NCBI GenBank assembly: GCA_964474975.1
Contig: CAYYUX010000002.1
Coordinates: 6,958 to 70,957 of the forward strand
Direction: 5' to 3'
Length of the DNA: 64,000 nucleotides
From: an uncultured Thermodesulfobacteriota bacterium
Lineage (GTDB): Bacteria; Desulfobacterota; GWC2-55-46; JADFVP01
The notes beneath the pieces were generated by a model. It ran no database searches and was not told where the DNA came from. It worked only from the letters and a program-made list of their open reading frames with translations. Both the position numbers and the translations under genes were made by a program. Positions 52,015-61,303 of the stretch are shown here, one piece after another; position 1 is the stretch's first letter, and each line of letters opens with the position of its first letter.

Positions 52015-53349
52015 TTAACGCCTCTCTCTGAAGACAAGCCTCAAGGGGACTCTTGTAAGGCCGAGACCGGCCCGCAGGCCCTTTGTAAGGTAGCGTTTAT
52101 AGGAATCCGTAAGACCTGCGGGCCTATTCACAAATATAATAAAGGACGGAGGATTTAGACCAAATTGCGTGGCATAATAAAACTTTACGATTTTTCCTCT
52201 GTAGAGAGGCGGTCTGTGGGCAGACGTTACTTCACGCAGAGTCTTAACAAGGCGCGAGGTGGGTATCTTCTTCCCTGACTCCTCAAGGACGCCATCTACG
52301 GCAGGCAATATCCTCTCAATCCTCTGTCCCGTAAGGGCCGATACAAAGACAACAGGGGCGTAATAGATAAAGGCGAGGCGCTCTCTTATATTCTCTTCCA
52401 TAAGCGTCATGGTATGGGTGTCTTTTTTTACTATATCCCATTTATTCACCACTATAACACAGGGTTTTTTCCTGTCTTCAATAATCCCGGCTATGCGCTC
52501 GTCCTGAGTCTTCAGCCCTGCCTTGCCGTCAAGGACAATGATGGCGACATCAGAGCGCTCCATGCTCCTTATTGCATCGATGACGCAGAAAGACTCTACT
52601 GTAAGACTGACCTTGTGTTTTTTTCGTATGCCCGCCGTATCAATAAAAAGGTAATCGCGGCCATCGAGACTTACGGGAGTATCAATGGAGTCGCGCGTAG
52701 TGCCGGCCATATCGGAGACAATGGAACGCTCACGCCCGATGAGACGGTTAAGGATAGATGATTTTCCCACATTCGGCCTGCCCACCAGGGCAAGGGCCGT
52801 CCGCTTGATATCATCGCATTCTTCGGGAGAGGGAGGCAGGGCCTCTGCAAGGGCGTCCATTAGCGGGGGGATATTAAGACCATGCTCAGAGCTTATCCCT
52901 ATAAGAGGCGAGGCCCCGAGGGAGTAAAAATCAGCCATAAGCGCCTCTCGTGAGGGCGAGTCTATCTTGTTGACTACATAGATAACGGGTTTTGCCGATT
53001 TTCTCAGCATAGAGGCTATCTCTCTATCTCCGTGGCAGAGCCCGTCGGTGCCGTCCATGAGAAAAATAATGACATCGGCCTCCTCGATGGCAAGGCGGGC
53101 CTGCAGGCGCACGTCATTCATAATGCCCTCGGGCGCCACCTCAAAGCCGCCCGTATCCACTACGGTAAAGGGGCGCTCGGCGTCTTCGATATCGGCGTAG
53201 TTAAGGTCGCGGGTCACGCCGGACAGGTCGGCTACAATGGCCTTTTTCCTGCCCAATATCCTGTTAAAGAGCGTGGATTTACCTACATTGGCCCTGCCGA
53301 CAATGGCCACGAGGGGCCTCGCGGCCTTTTTATTGCTCTGAACTCTCAC
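52015..53349 (-). CDS. der: ribosome-biogenesis GTPase Der (EngA), two GTPase domains
   Basis: Two G-domains (GRANVGKST, GRPNVGKSS) plus a KH-like C-terminus. Confidence 0.9.
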   Translation of the reverse strand: MRVQSNKKAARPLVAIVGRANVGKSTLFNRILGRKKAIVADLSGVTRDLNYADIEDAERPFTVVDTGGFEVAPEGIMNDVRLQARLAIEEADVIIFLMDGTDGLCHGDREIASMLRKSAKPVIYVVNKIDSPSREALMADFYSLGASPLIGISSEHGLNIPPLMDALAEALPPSPEECDDIKRTALALVGRPNVGKSSILNRLIGRERSIVSDMAGTTRDSIDTPVSLDGRDYLFIDTAGIRKKHKVSLTVESFCVIDAIRSMERSDVAIIVLDGKAGLKTQDERIAGIIEDRKKPCVIVVNKWDIVKKDTHTMTLMEENIRERLAFIYYAPVVFVSALTGQRIERILPAVDGVLEESGKKIPTSRLVKTLREVTSAHRPPLYRGKIVKFYYATQFGLNPPSFIIFVNRPAGLTDSYKRYLTKGLRAGLGLTRVPLRLVFRERR

Positions 53350-53435
53350 TATTACTCCCTTATGCCCGTGGTTAATCCCGGAGGCTTATCTGTGAGACAG
53401 GGGACATTTCTCAATAGCGGCTATCCCTGCCCCAA

Positions 53436-53472
53436 ATTGGTTTTCTTTGCCAAGCTTTCGTTTTTCCAAAAG
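53436..53472. repeat. dispersed repeat, tandem copy 1 (ATTGGTTTTCTTTGCCAAGCTTTCGTTTTTCCAAAAG)
   Basis: 37 bp identical to copy 2, with a further ~9 bp of imperfect flanking similarity. 86-bp period. Confidence 0.85.
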
Positions 53473-53521
53473 CTACGCCGGGCGAAAAGGGTTTATTTAA
53501 TGATTATAACCCTTTGCCCAT

Positions 53522-53558
53522 ATTGGTTTTCTTTGCCAAGCTTTCGTTTTTCCAAAAG
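53522..53558. repeat. dispersed repeat, tandem copy 2
   Basis: Perfect 37-bp match to 53436..53472. An inverted third copy lies at 22107..22149. Confidence 0.85.
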
Positions 53559-53573
53559 AAAGCGGAAAGTCTT

Positions 53574-54371
53574 TTATATCCCCTTATACCCTCTCGGCGT
53601 AATCATCACCCCATCCCTTGTAAAGGTAGATGCGTTGCCGATGATGATAATGGTAAGCATATCAATACGCTCAAAAAACTCATGAAGCCTGCCGAGAGTA
53701 GTAAGCATCACCTCTTCGCCGTCTCTTGTGGCGTTTTTGACGATACCCACAGGGGTTGCCGCGTCCTTTACCTCAAGCATAACCTCAACAGCCTTTACAA
53801 GCCCGGCCTTTCGCTTTGAGCTTCGCGGGTTATAGAGGGCGATTACAAAGTCGGCCTCTACAGCGGCCCTTACCCTCCGCTCTATAAGCTCCCAGGGCGT
53901 AAGTATATCAGAGAGGGAAATAGAGGCAAAGTCGTGCATGAGAGGGGCGCCGAGAATAGATGCGGCGCTGACAAATGCCGGAACCCCGGGTATGACCTCT
54001 ACTGTAATATCGGCAAGTGTCGGGCCGCCGCCTGAAGATAATATCTCAAGGGCGAGCCCCGCCATGCCGTATATACCCGCGTCCCCTGATGAGACTATGG
54101 CCGTAGTACGGCCTGAGGCAACGAGTTCTATGGCCTTTTCACAGCGCGCAACTTCTCCTGTCATGGCCGTAGAAAAAATCTCCTTACCTTCCGTAAGCGG
54201 TGCGACAAGCTCCACGTATCTCGTATATCCCACGATACACTCGGACTCATTGAGCGCGGTTCGCGCGCGCTCCGTAAGCTCCGTCAATGCGCCGGGGCCG
54301 ATACCTACGACGTATAAGAGACCCTTGCCACCGCTACAGTTACGCGGGCGGTCTTTTGTTTTTGTATCCAT
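53574..54371 (-). CDS. cbiH: cobalt-factor III / precorrin-3B C17-methyltransferase
   Basis: SAM-dependent tetrapyrrole methylase fold (VVGIGPG...). 67-nt overlap with cbiG if the ATG at 54371 is used. Confidence 0.8.
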   Translation of the reverse strand: MDTKTKDRPRNCSGGKGLLYVVGIGPGALTELTERARTALNESECIVGYTRYVELVAPLTEGKEIFSTAMTGEVARCEKAIELVASGRTTAIVSSGDAGIYGMAGLALEILSSGGGPTLADITVEVIPGVPAFVSAASILGAPLMHDFASISLSDILTPWELIERRVRAAVEADFVIALYNPRSSKRKAGLVKAVEVMLEVKDAATPVGIVKNATRDGEEVMLTTLGRLHEFFERIDMLTIIIIGNASTFTRDGVMITPRGYKGI

Positions 54372-55375
54372 AATTTATCAGCTCCCGAAGAGATAAGGGC
54401 GGCGGGCTCTGATACGGCCCTTGCGCCTGTTGCGGCCAGGACAAATGCGGAACCCTTGCCCGCCCTTGTGTTCAGTTCCTCTGCCGTAAATAATTGAAGC
54501 TCAAGTCCCCTTGATTTCACGAACTCAAGTAGCCCCTTCTCGTTGCCCTTGATATCAATAGTTGAAAGATTTTTTATACATAAAGGTGAAACCCCACACC
54601 CGCGGAATACGCCGTCGACAGCGGCCTCTATCTCAACCGCGCTTGTACCGCGCCTGCACCCGATACCTACGACGAATTCCCTCGGCCTAAAGATGAGCGT
54701 ACGGTCAGAGAGCCTATCGGGAAGGCTCACTTCCAACCGCGATGATACAATGGCGCACGCGCCTAAGGCCCCTCCATCAGAGCAAGAGCGGCCAAGAGAA
54801 AACAGCCCCTTTACCCGTTCATTAAAAAAGGCCTTAATCGCGCCGAGCCTCTCCTGATTTTTATCGAGTATGAGAAGAGGCCCTCCTGAGAGTATAGCGG
54901 AGTTAAGGGCCTTTATCGACTGTACATTTTGTATGACGAGGTTAAACCTTACTGCCACGTCTTCGATACATGGCAGATTATTTACATCCGTCGCCGTAGT
55001 CACCACGGGAGTCGCCTTCAGTATGGCCGCTATCTCTTCGGCAAGACGGTTGGCCCCGCCAAGGTGCCCCGAGAGGAGGCTAATGACAAACCGTGCCTTC
55101 TCGTCCATTACCACCACGGCGGGGTCTTTGTCTTTACCCTGCAAGAGAGGCGCTATTGACCTTACGGCTATGCCCGATGCTCCGACGAATACAATGGCCC
55201 GCGAAGTGTCGAAGGCCTCGCGGACAAGACCCTTGAGCCTGCCGTCCCGAACCTCCTCGGGGCGGTAAACAGTTACCTTGCCCGCAAGAGAGCCGAGGCC
55301 GAGGGCCAGCTCGTAGCCCTTCTCTGTGATGGGAATAATCGCTACCCTGTCCTTTACTCCGGCGATTTTTTTCAT
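54305..55375 (-). CDS. cbiG: cobalt-precorrin-5A hydrolase
   Basis: 356 aa with CbiG N, middle and C regions. Confidence 0.8.
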   Translation of the reverse strand: MKKIAGVKDRVAIIPITEKGYELALGLGSLAGKVTVYRPEEVRDGRLKGLVREAFDTSRAIVFVGASGIAVRSIAPLLQGKDKDPAVVVMDEKARFVISLLSGHLGGANRLAEEIAAILKATPVVTTATDVNNLPCIEDVAVRFNLVIQNVQSIKALNSAILSGGPLLILDKNQERLGAIKAFFNERVKGLFSLGRSCSDGGALGACAIVSSRLEVSLPDRLSDRTLIFRPREFVVGIGCRRGTSAVEIEAAVDGVFRGCGVSPLCIKNLSTIDIKGNEKGLLEFVKSRGLELQLFTAEELNTRAGKGSAFVLAATGARAVSEPAALISSGADKLWIQKQKTARVTVAVARVSYTS

Positions 55376-55394
55376 GGGGATTAAGAGAAGAAGA

Positions 55395-56135
55395 TTATGA
55401 GCCTGCCTCTTCCATCTTTTTTAAGATCTCAAGTGTTGACCGCACCATTGCCGTAAACAATAAACGGCCCTTTTCGGCCGTAGCCTTCGCGGGATTACCC
55501 CAAACAGCCCCGGGCCACATGCTAACTTTGTCCGCTACGATGATGGGTTTTGTTAAAGAGGGGTATTCTTCAACGGAGCGGCCCTTTACGAGCCTCGGGG
55601 CAAGGTGCAGGATAATGGAGGTCTCCATCTCGCCTGCATGGGAATCATTCTCTGTCTCGGCAAGTTCTTCGAGTTCGTCCCAGACAACATCGTATATTGA
55701 GAGGGCCGCGATGGTCAGCCCCGTCGTCTCGGCGGCAAGGACCTCAGCCGCTTCTTTTATGGCCGCCATGTGCGCCCCTCCGGCGTGCCCGGAGATGAGC
55801 AGTATATTTTTCAGACCTCTATTAAAGGCATCGGTGACTATGTCCGTAGTAATGCGCCTCAGCGTAGGCGGCGTAATACCCATGCTCCCGGGGTGCTGTC
55901 CCGTTGAGGTGCATACGCCATAATGGATAGGCGGGGCGATAAAAAAATCCCTCTCTTTCGCCGCCTCTTCGAGGACACGGCAGATGGTAATGGTATCCGT
56001 ATCAAGAGGCAGGTGTCTGCCATGGGCCTCAAGGGTTCCGTAGGGCAGGGCCAGGGTCTTTGTCTTCAGAAGCCCGGCCTTGAACTCCTCCATGGTCATC
56101 TCTTCAAGTATCATAGCCCTCGTCCTCCCCGTCAA
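55395..56135 (-). CDS. creatininase-family amidohydrolase embedded in the cbi operon
   Basis: 246 aa. Creatinine-amidohydrolase-family metal-site motifs (LPYGTLEAHGRHLP, SGHAGG). Confidence 0.65.
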   Translation of the reverse strand: MTGRTRAMILEEMTMEEFKAGLLKTKTLALPYGTLEAHGRHLPLDTDTITICRVLEEAAKERDFFIAPPIHYGVCTSTGQHPGSMGITPPTLRRITTDIVTDAFNRGLKNILLISGHAGGAHMAAIKEAAEVLAAETTGLTIAALSIYDVVWDELEELAETENDSHAGEMETSIILHLAPRLVKGRSVEEYPSLTKPIIVADKVSMWPGAVWGNPAKATAEKGRLLFTAMVRSTLEILKKMEEAGS

Positions 56136-56512
56136 CTCCTACTAATATATCTCTTTAGGAGACAATATACGGATGCCCCTACGACTCCGCCTGCTCCGTT
56201 GGCAAGGGCGTCGAAAAAAGACGCATCCCTTGCCGGTAAGAACCCTTGAACAAATTCGATAAAAAGACCGTAAAAAAAAGTTACGGCAAGGGTCTTGATT
56301 ATAACCCTTCGCGGGGTCATCATCAACCTCGAAGACCTTTCGCTAAAAAACACCCTTGCCCACAAAATACCCATAAGGCCGTATATGGTAAAATGAGCAA
56401 CCTTATCAAAGCCCGGGAAGGGGTCGGCTCCGCCGGAAACTTTGATGACGGATACGATAAAAACAAAACCCATATAGATAAATGTAAGTATAAGATTCAT
56501 ATGTCCCTGCAC
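56132..56512 (-). CDS. VanZ-like family membrane protein
   Basis: 126 aa with four transmembrane segments. DKVAHF motif. It overlaps both neighbouring genes. Confidence 0.55.
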   Translation of the reverse strand: MQGHMNLILTFIYMGFVFIVSVIKVSGGADPFPGFDKVAHFTIYGLMGILWARVFFSERSSRLMMTPRRVIIKTLAVTFFYGLFIEFVQGFLPARDASFFDALANGAGGVVGASVYCLLKRYISRS

Positions 56513-57267
56513 CCGTGACTGAAGGCCGCGTCATAGAGGCGAGACTGCTCGCCATAATGAAGGCCTCCCGCGGCAGAGCCTACGATGATCATGGCGTGCT
56601 TTGATATCCCGGCATCTTTTACCTTTTCTGCGATATTAGAGATACTGCCCTGTACGACCTTCTCATCAGGCCAGGTTGCCCTGTAGACAACAGCCACGGG
56701 CGTATCAACGGCATACCCGCCCTCGCCAAGTTCGCTGACAACATCGTCTATCATGGCTACGCTTAAAAAGATACACATTGTCGCCCCATGGGAGGCAAGA
56801 AGACGGAGGGCCTCTTTTTCCGGCACAGGTGTTCTGCCTTTCATCCTCGTAAAGATAACTGTCTGCGTAAGCCCCGGCACAGTAAGCTCCCGCGCAATGC
56901 TCGCCGCCGCGCCTGAGGCGGAGCTAACACCTGGGACAACGGTATAGGCAAGGCCCGCGTCCTCAAGAATAGCCGCCTGCTCACGCATGGCGCTATAAAA
57001 GGCCGTATCCCCCGTATGGAGCCGCACGACCAGTTTCCCTGCTTTCGCACCCTCTATCATAACCGCCGTAATCTCACCGAGGTTCATGGAGGCGCTGTTA
57101 TATACGGCAACATCACCCCTGCAATAAGTGAGGAGACTCTCCTTTACAAGAGAACCGGCGTAGACGACAATATCGGCTTTTTCAAGGAGCCTCATGCCCT
57201 TTACAGTAAGAAGCTCTGCGTCTCCGGGGCCTGCGCCCACGAAAAAAATTTTCACTTTCTCTTCCAT
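56497..57267 (-). CDS. cbiF: cobalt-precorrin-4 C11-methyltransferase
   Basis: Tetrapyrrole methylase (FVGAGPGD). Confidence 0.85.
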   Translation of the reverse strand: MEEKVKIFFVGAGPGDAELLTVKGMRLLEKADIVVYAGSLVKESLLTYCRGDVAVYNSASMNLGEITAVMIEGAKAGKLVVRLHTGDTAFYSAMREQAAILEDAGLAYTVVPGVSSASGAAASIARELTVPGLTQTVIFTRMKGRTPVPEKEALRLLASHGATMCIFLSVAMIDDVVSELGEGGYAVDTPVAVVYRATWPDEKVVQGSISNIAEKVKDAGISKHAMIIVGSAAGGLHYGEQSRLYDAAFSHGCRDI

Positions 57268-57285
57268 ATCAATATCAATCCCGCT

Positions 57286-58035
57286 TCAAGAAACTCCGCC
57301 GTCTTTTTTTAATATCACCATGGAAAGATAACCGGCCCCTGAGGTATCGTCAACATCCTTAAGGTCCTTAATAATCTCCCGTCCCGGCCACCCGGCCCTC
57401 TCCACAAAGAGGGCGCTGACTTTATTTTTATCACCTTTTTCATGTTTTAATACAAAATCCTTCAGCTCGCCCAGCCTGCTCTTTACCTTCATGAGGACCA
57501 CTGTCTCAAAGTCCTCCACCCAGCGCTCAAGGTCCCCAAGGCTATAAAAGGCCGGCGCTATAAGTAACTTTTCATCAGCCTGCACAAGGGGCAGAGCCGC
57601 CCTCGCGGCTACGGCAGAGACCGATGTCACCCCAGGCACTACCTGCACATCCACGCCCGGCACAAGGGAGGAGACAAGGGGTATGAGAAAAGCGAAGGTC
57701 GAGTACAGCATGGGGTCGCCAAGGGTTAGGAAAGATACGTCACGACCCTCGGCAAGCCTCACAGCCACCTCCTCGGCGGCTGTCTGCCGGCTCTTTTTAA
57801 GGACGGCCCCGTCTTTTGTCATGGGAAAAGTGAGGCGCAGTATCTCCTTATCCTCAAGGCCGGGAAGGGCCTTTTTTATTATCTCAAGGGCGATGGTCCC
57901 CTCGCCGCCGCCGCGCCTCGCCGAGACGGGCACGGCTATAACGGGACATTCGCCGATAACCCGCAGGGCCTTCAAGGTAAGAAGCTCCGCGTCCCCGGGG
58001 CCTACGCCCACGCCAAAAAAAGTTGCCGCCATCAC
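57286..58035 (-). CDS. cbiL: cobalt-factor II (precorrin-2) C20-methyltransferase
   Basis: Tetrapyrrole methylase (GVGVGPGD). Confidence 0.8.
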   Translation of the reverse strand: MMAATFFGVGVGPGDAELLTLKALRVIGECPVIAVPVSARRGGGEGTIALEIIKKALPGLEDKEILRLTFPMTKDGAVLKKSRQTAAEEVAVRLAEGRDVSFLTLGDPMLYSTFAFLIPLVSSLVPGVDVQVVPGVTSVSAVAARAALPLVQADEKLLIAPAFYSLGDLERWVEDFETVVLMKVKSRLGELKDFVLKHEKGDKNKVSALFVERAGWPGREIIKDLKDVDDTSGAGYLSMVILKKDGGVS

Positions 58036-59270
58036 CCCTTCACCCCCTTTAAAATAAATACCGGGTTGCAGGCCGAGAGGATATTCAGACCCGCTACCTC
58101 TTTACCTCGCGCGAGATTCAGCTGAACGAACTCCCTCTTAAGCCCCTCTTTTTTGAAAAACTCCAGGGCTCGCGAGGCCGTCTCCATGGTCACGGCGTTC
58201 ACGACTATAGCCCCGCCGGGTCTTATCCTCTTTAAGACGTAAGCCAATATCTTCACAATCCCGGCCCCGCCGCCGCCGATGAAAACGGCGGACGGAGCAG
58301 GTAAAGCCTTCATGCAGAAAGGGGCCTCTCCCACTATAACCTCCACGTTATTCACCTTGAAGCGAGAGATGTTTTCTCTTATATCAAGGGCCCTTTTTTT
58401 GTTTTTCTCAACGGCGTATACCTTAGCCCCGGGGCTAAGGCGCGCCGCCTCAATGGCTACGGAGCCTGTGCATGAACCGACATCCCAAATAACTCCCCTT
58501 TGAGGCGGGGCGAGTTTTGATAAGGATACTGCCCTTATCTCAGACTTGGTAATCATATTGGCTGAATGCCTGAAGAGGTCGTCATCAAGGCCTATGGCGT
58601 TATTATTAAGGGACGCCGATGGCTCGGAGTTACCGAAAAATATCATTACAGAGAGGGGATGAGAAAATTCTTCCTTCGCTATTTTCTTCAGACTCCCGCT
58701 AACCACCCTCTCGTCTGCATAACCAATGGCCTCGCAGACATATACCTTTACGCCAGTCAGCCCCGTAGCCATAAGCCCGGCGGCAAGACAATCAGGCCTA
58801 TTATGACTATCCGTAAAGAGGGCAACCGATTGGTTAGAGGAAATTACCCGCGCGAGATCCGTAAAATCCGCCTTCCTGCCGTGAAGGCTAAGGACCTTCA
58901 GCCCGGCAGAGCTCTCTTTAATGCGGGCAAAGGCCTCGTGAATAACACTCACGCCGGGGATAACCCGAACGCTCGCCTTGCCAAATTTACGGATAATATA
59001 ATTACCTATGCCGTAAAGAAGAGGGTCTCCCGTTGCAAGGACAGCGACAGTAGACCTCTTATTTTCTCTTATAAAACCACTTATGGAGGCCTCAAGGGCC
59101 GGTAGATCCGAGGTTATACAAAACCTCTTTCCCTCTACCCCGTCAACTTCCGAGAGACCGTCAAGGTGACGCCTGCCGCCTGCGATGACCCCTGATCTGC
59201 GAATAATTTTAAGGGCCTTTTCCCCGAGCCCCCCTGCCCCTTCAATACCGATGCCGATTACATATATCAT
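58032..59270 (-). CDS. cbiET: fused CbiE/CbiT cobalt-precorrin-6B/7 methyltransferase (decarboxylating)
   Basis: N-terminal tetrapyrrole methylase plus a C-terminal Rossmann methyltransferase (VIWDVGSCTGSVAIEAA). Confidence 0.85.
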   Translation of the reverse strand: MIYVIGIGIEGAGGLGEKALKIIRRSGVIAGGRRHLDGLSEVDGVEGKRFCITSDLPALEASISGFIRENKRSTVAVLATGDPLLYGIGNYIIRKFGKASVRVIPGVSVIHEAFARIKESSAGLKVLSLHGRKADFTDLARVISSNQSVALFTDSHNRPDCLAAGLMATGLTGVKVYVCEAIGYADERVVSGSLKKIAKEEFSHPLSVMIFFGNSEPSASLNNNAIGLDDDLFRHSANMITKSEIRAVSLSKLAPPQRGVIWDVGSCTGSVAIEAARLSPGAKVYAVEKNKKRALDIRENISRFKVNNVEVIVGEAPFCMKALPAPSAVFIGGGGAGIVKILAYVLKRIRPGGAIVVNAVTMETASRALEFFKKEGLKREFVQLNLARGKEVAGLNILSACNPVFILKGVKG

Positions 59271-59302
59271 GGAATAAAACCTGCCTCTTACTAATGAAAA
59301 AA

Positions 59303-60412
59303 CTACCCCTCGCAGACAGAGATCACATCGGCCTCGTACCCTACAAGGATGGCCCGCACGGCCTTGTCGGCTCCTGTCATCTCAGCGCATTTTTTTGCTA
59401 CCATAGCCGTAATGGCCTTAAAGACCAGAGCGTCGCCCATGTCTTTCAGTATGAAAAAAATCTCTCTTGCCGTATTGGCCGCGGATATCCTCTCTACAAC
59501 CAGTTCATCAAGACCCTCTCCACGTGCAACCTCGGCGATAAATTCCTTATCCACGGAAGACCTTGAACAATGCGTATCGCTCCAGCCCGAGGCGAGTTTG
59601 GTAAATTTTCCAAACTGCCCGGCTACGATAATTTTCGTAATTTTTTCTTTCTTACCGGCGCACCTCATTGAAAAACCCATGTGGTCGCCAGTGGTAATAA
59701 ATGCCTGAGGCAAGAGGTTCAGCCCCTCTTCAGCCACCTTCTCACTGCTCCTGCCCGTGGAAAAGACTACCTCCACGCACCCCGATGCCACGGCAACATC
59801 CACGGCGCAGGCGATGGAGTCTTTATAAGCGCTCAAAGACATGGGCTCAACTATGCCCGATGTGCCAAGGATAGAGATGCCGCCCAATATGCCGAGGCGG
59901 GCGTTCATCGTTTTTTTCGCAAGAACCTCGCCTCTCGGCACAGTAACAACGACACGGAGATTCGGCATAACGCCGGCCTCGGCGGCGACCTCGGAGACAG
60001 CCGTCCTTATCATCTCAAGGGGTATGGGGTTTATGGCCGGGGCGCCGATAGGGGCCTTAAGGCCGGGCCTTGTAATGCGCCCGACGCCCGTGCCGCCCTC
60101 TATTATGATACGAGGGACGTCGGAGGTATCGCCCAGAAACTCTACCGTAGTGGTTATCTCGGCCTTATGGGTTACATCGGGATCGTCGCCGGCGTCTTTG
60201 ATGACAGTTGCCGAGGCCACGCCATTTGCAAGAGAAAGCCCCTTCACATCTATCCTCAGCGCTCCGCCTCGAGGCAGTGTAACAGAGACCACCCCACTGT
60301 CATGGGCCTCCTTCGGCCATAACCCGTAAAGCAAAAGCGCCGCCGCCTTTGCCCCGGCCGCGGCGCTTGTACCAGTGGTAAAACCACTTCTAAGTTTTGT
60401 GTTAGCTTTCAA
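59303..60412 (-). CDS. cbiD: cobalt-precorrin-5B C1-methyltransferase
   Basis: 369 aa CbiD family. Confidence 0.85.
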   Translation of the reverse strand: MKANTKLRSGFTTGTSAAAGAKAAALLLYGLWPKEAHDSGVVSVTLPRGGALRIDVKGLSLANGVASATVIKDAGDDPDVTHKAEITTTVEFLGDTSDVPRIIIEGGTGVGRITRPGLKAPIGAPAINPIPLEMIRTAVSEVAAEAGVMPNLRVVVTVPRGEVLAKKTMNARLGILGGISILGTSGIVEPMSLSAYKDSIACAVDVAVASGCVEVVFSTGRSSEKVAEEGLNLLPQAFITTGDHMGFSMRCAGKKEKITKIIVAGQFGKFTKLASGWSDTHCSRSSVDKEFIAEVARGEGLDELVVERISAANTAREIFFILKDMGDALVFKAITAMVAKKCAEMTGADKAVRAILVGYEADVISVCEG

Positions 60413-60454
60413 ATATCTTTCCTGATGAAAACTCCGATATCACCTGCAAAAAAA

Positions 60455-60889
60455 TTACGCCACGGCCTCGGCCTTTGAGGCCTTTAGCCCCATCTTCCAT
60501 AAAGAACCGAGGATAAGCCCGAGTATTATCGCAAGAAAGAGCCCCTGAAGGCTCTGCTCTATCTCGAAGTGATACCTTATGGGCTTTACTATGGTAAGCA
60601 CAAAACCAGCGCCGTCAAGGGCAAACCATATAACAACAGAGACGGCCACGGCCTTTAAGGTAAGACCCCATTTCGGCATGAAACTCCCTGCCACGCTCAG
60701 AAAACCGCCAGTAACAAGGCCGAATAAGGCCCCGCCTATTGCAAAGGTTACAAGGTCATGCACCACGCCCGCCTCAAGGGTAAAGGCCCCTGTAAATGTA
60801 TTTACAAGGAGGGATACCATGCCCCATAGCGCGCCTGAGAGCAGACAGAGGAACAGCCCGTCTTTCCATGTTCTAAAACCACCATTCAT
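60455..60889 (-). CDS. small polytopic membrane protein (possible CbtA-like partner of CbtB)
   Basis: 144 aa with four transmembrane helices. It lies immediately downstream of the cbtB-like gene. Assignment is by position only. Confidence 0.35.
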   Translation of the reverse strand: MNGGFRTWKDGLFLCLLSGALWGMVSLLVNTFTGAFTLEAGVVHDLVTFAIGGALFGLVTGGFLSVAGSFMPKWGLTLKAVAVSVVIWFALDGAGFVLTIVKPIRYHFEIEQSLQGLFLAIILGLILGSLWKMGLKASKAEAVA

Positions 60890-60950
60890 ATTTCCTCCTT
60901 TTACAAAAAAACACCTGAATCATTTTCTACTTGACCCGCCTTAGACCGCC

Positions 60951-61124
60951 TCAGTGACAGGGCATGCCGATAGTATGCCTGAAGTCGTGAAACATATCAT
61001 GTACGCCCGCCACGACATTTTCCATGCCGAATACGACTACTATCATGGCAAAGGCCACGGCCAGAAGCACAGCGGCCGGAAGCAGGGTATTCATAACAAA
61101 GTCTCTCTCGAAAAACCTCTCCAT
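60951..61124 (-). CDS. cbtB: CbtB-like small cobalt-transporter subunit
   Basis: 57 aa. One transmembrane segment plus the C-terminal His-rich signature HDMFHDFRHTIGMPCH. Perfect AGGAGG ribosome-binding site. This gene is not in the supplied ORF track because it is shorter than 60 aa. Confidence 0.6.
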   Translation of the reverse strand: MERFFERDFVMNTLLPAAVLLAVAFAMIVVVFGMENVVAGVHDMFHDFRHTIGMPCH

Positions 61125-61194
61125 ATCTTCTTACCTCCTCTTTTATTGTTAGTTGTATGTTTTCCAGGCGCATAAGTGAGCCTGCCGCCTACTC

Positions 61195-61303
61195 TCCATA
61201 AATCTTCGTCCCCTCATCCCATTGCCCCCAAGGATTCCCTTCGCCCCCTCAGTCCTCTTTGCCCCTTTCGCCCCCTCAGTCCCCTTCCCCCCCCTTTGCC
61301 CCC
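61195..61303. repeat. C-rich repeats (G-rich on the transcript), including TTCGCCCCCTCAGTCC duplicated at a 30-bp offset
   Basis: Read from the sequence. It shares the motif family GCCCC(C)T(C/T)AGTCC with the array at 48930..49095. Confidence 0.7.

Noticed and set aside
53436-53558. Possible two-repeat CRISPR mini-array (37-bp repeats, 49-bp spacer)
   Set aside because: Only two units. No cas genes in the window. A third, inverted copy sits in an unrelated spacer (22107..22149). The repeat lacks typical CRISPR repeat termini. It is better explained as a dispersed REP/MITE-like repeat.
61125-61303. Possible cobalamin riboswitch in the G-rich leader directly upstream of cbtB
   Set aside because: There is no B12 box and no GCCACTG-like element on either strand. 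The genuine riboswitch is further upstream at 63060..63222.
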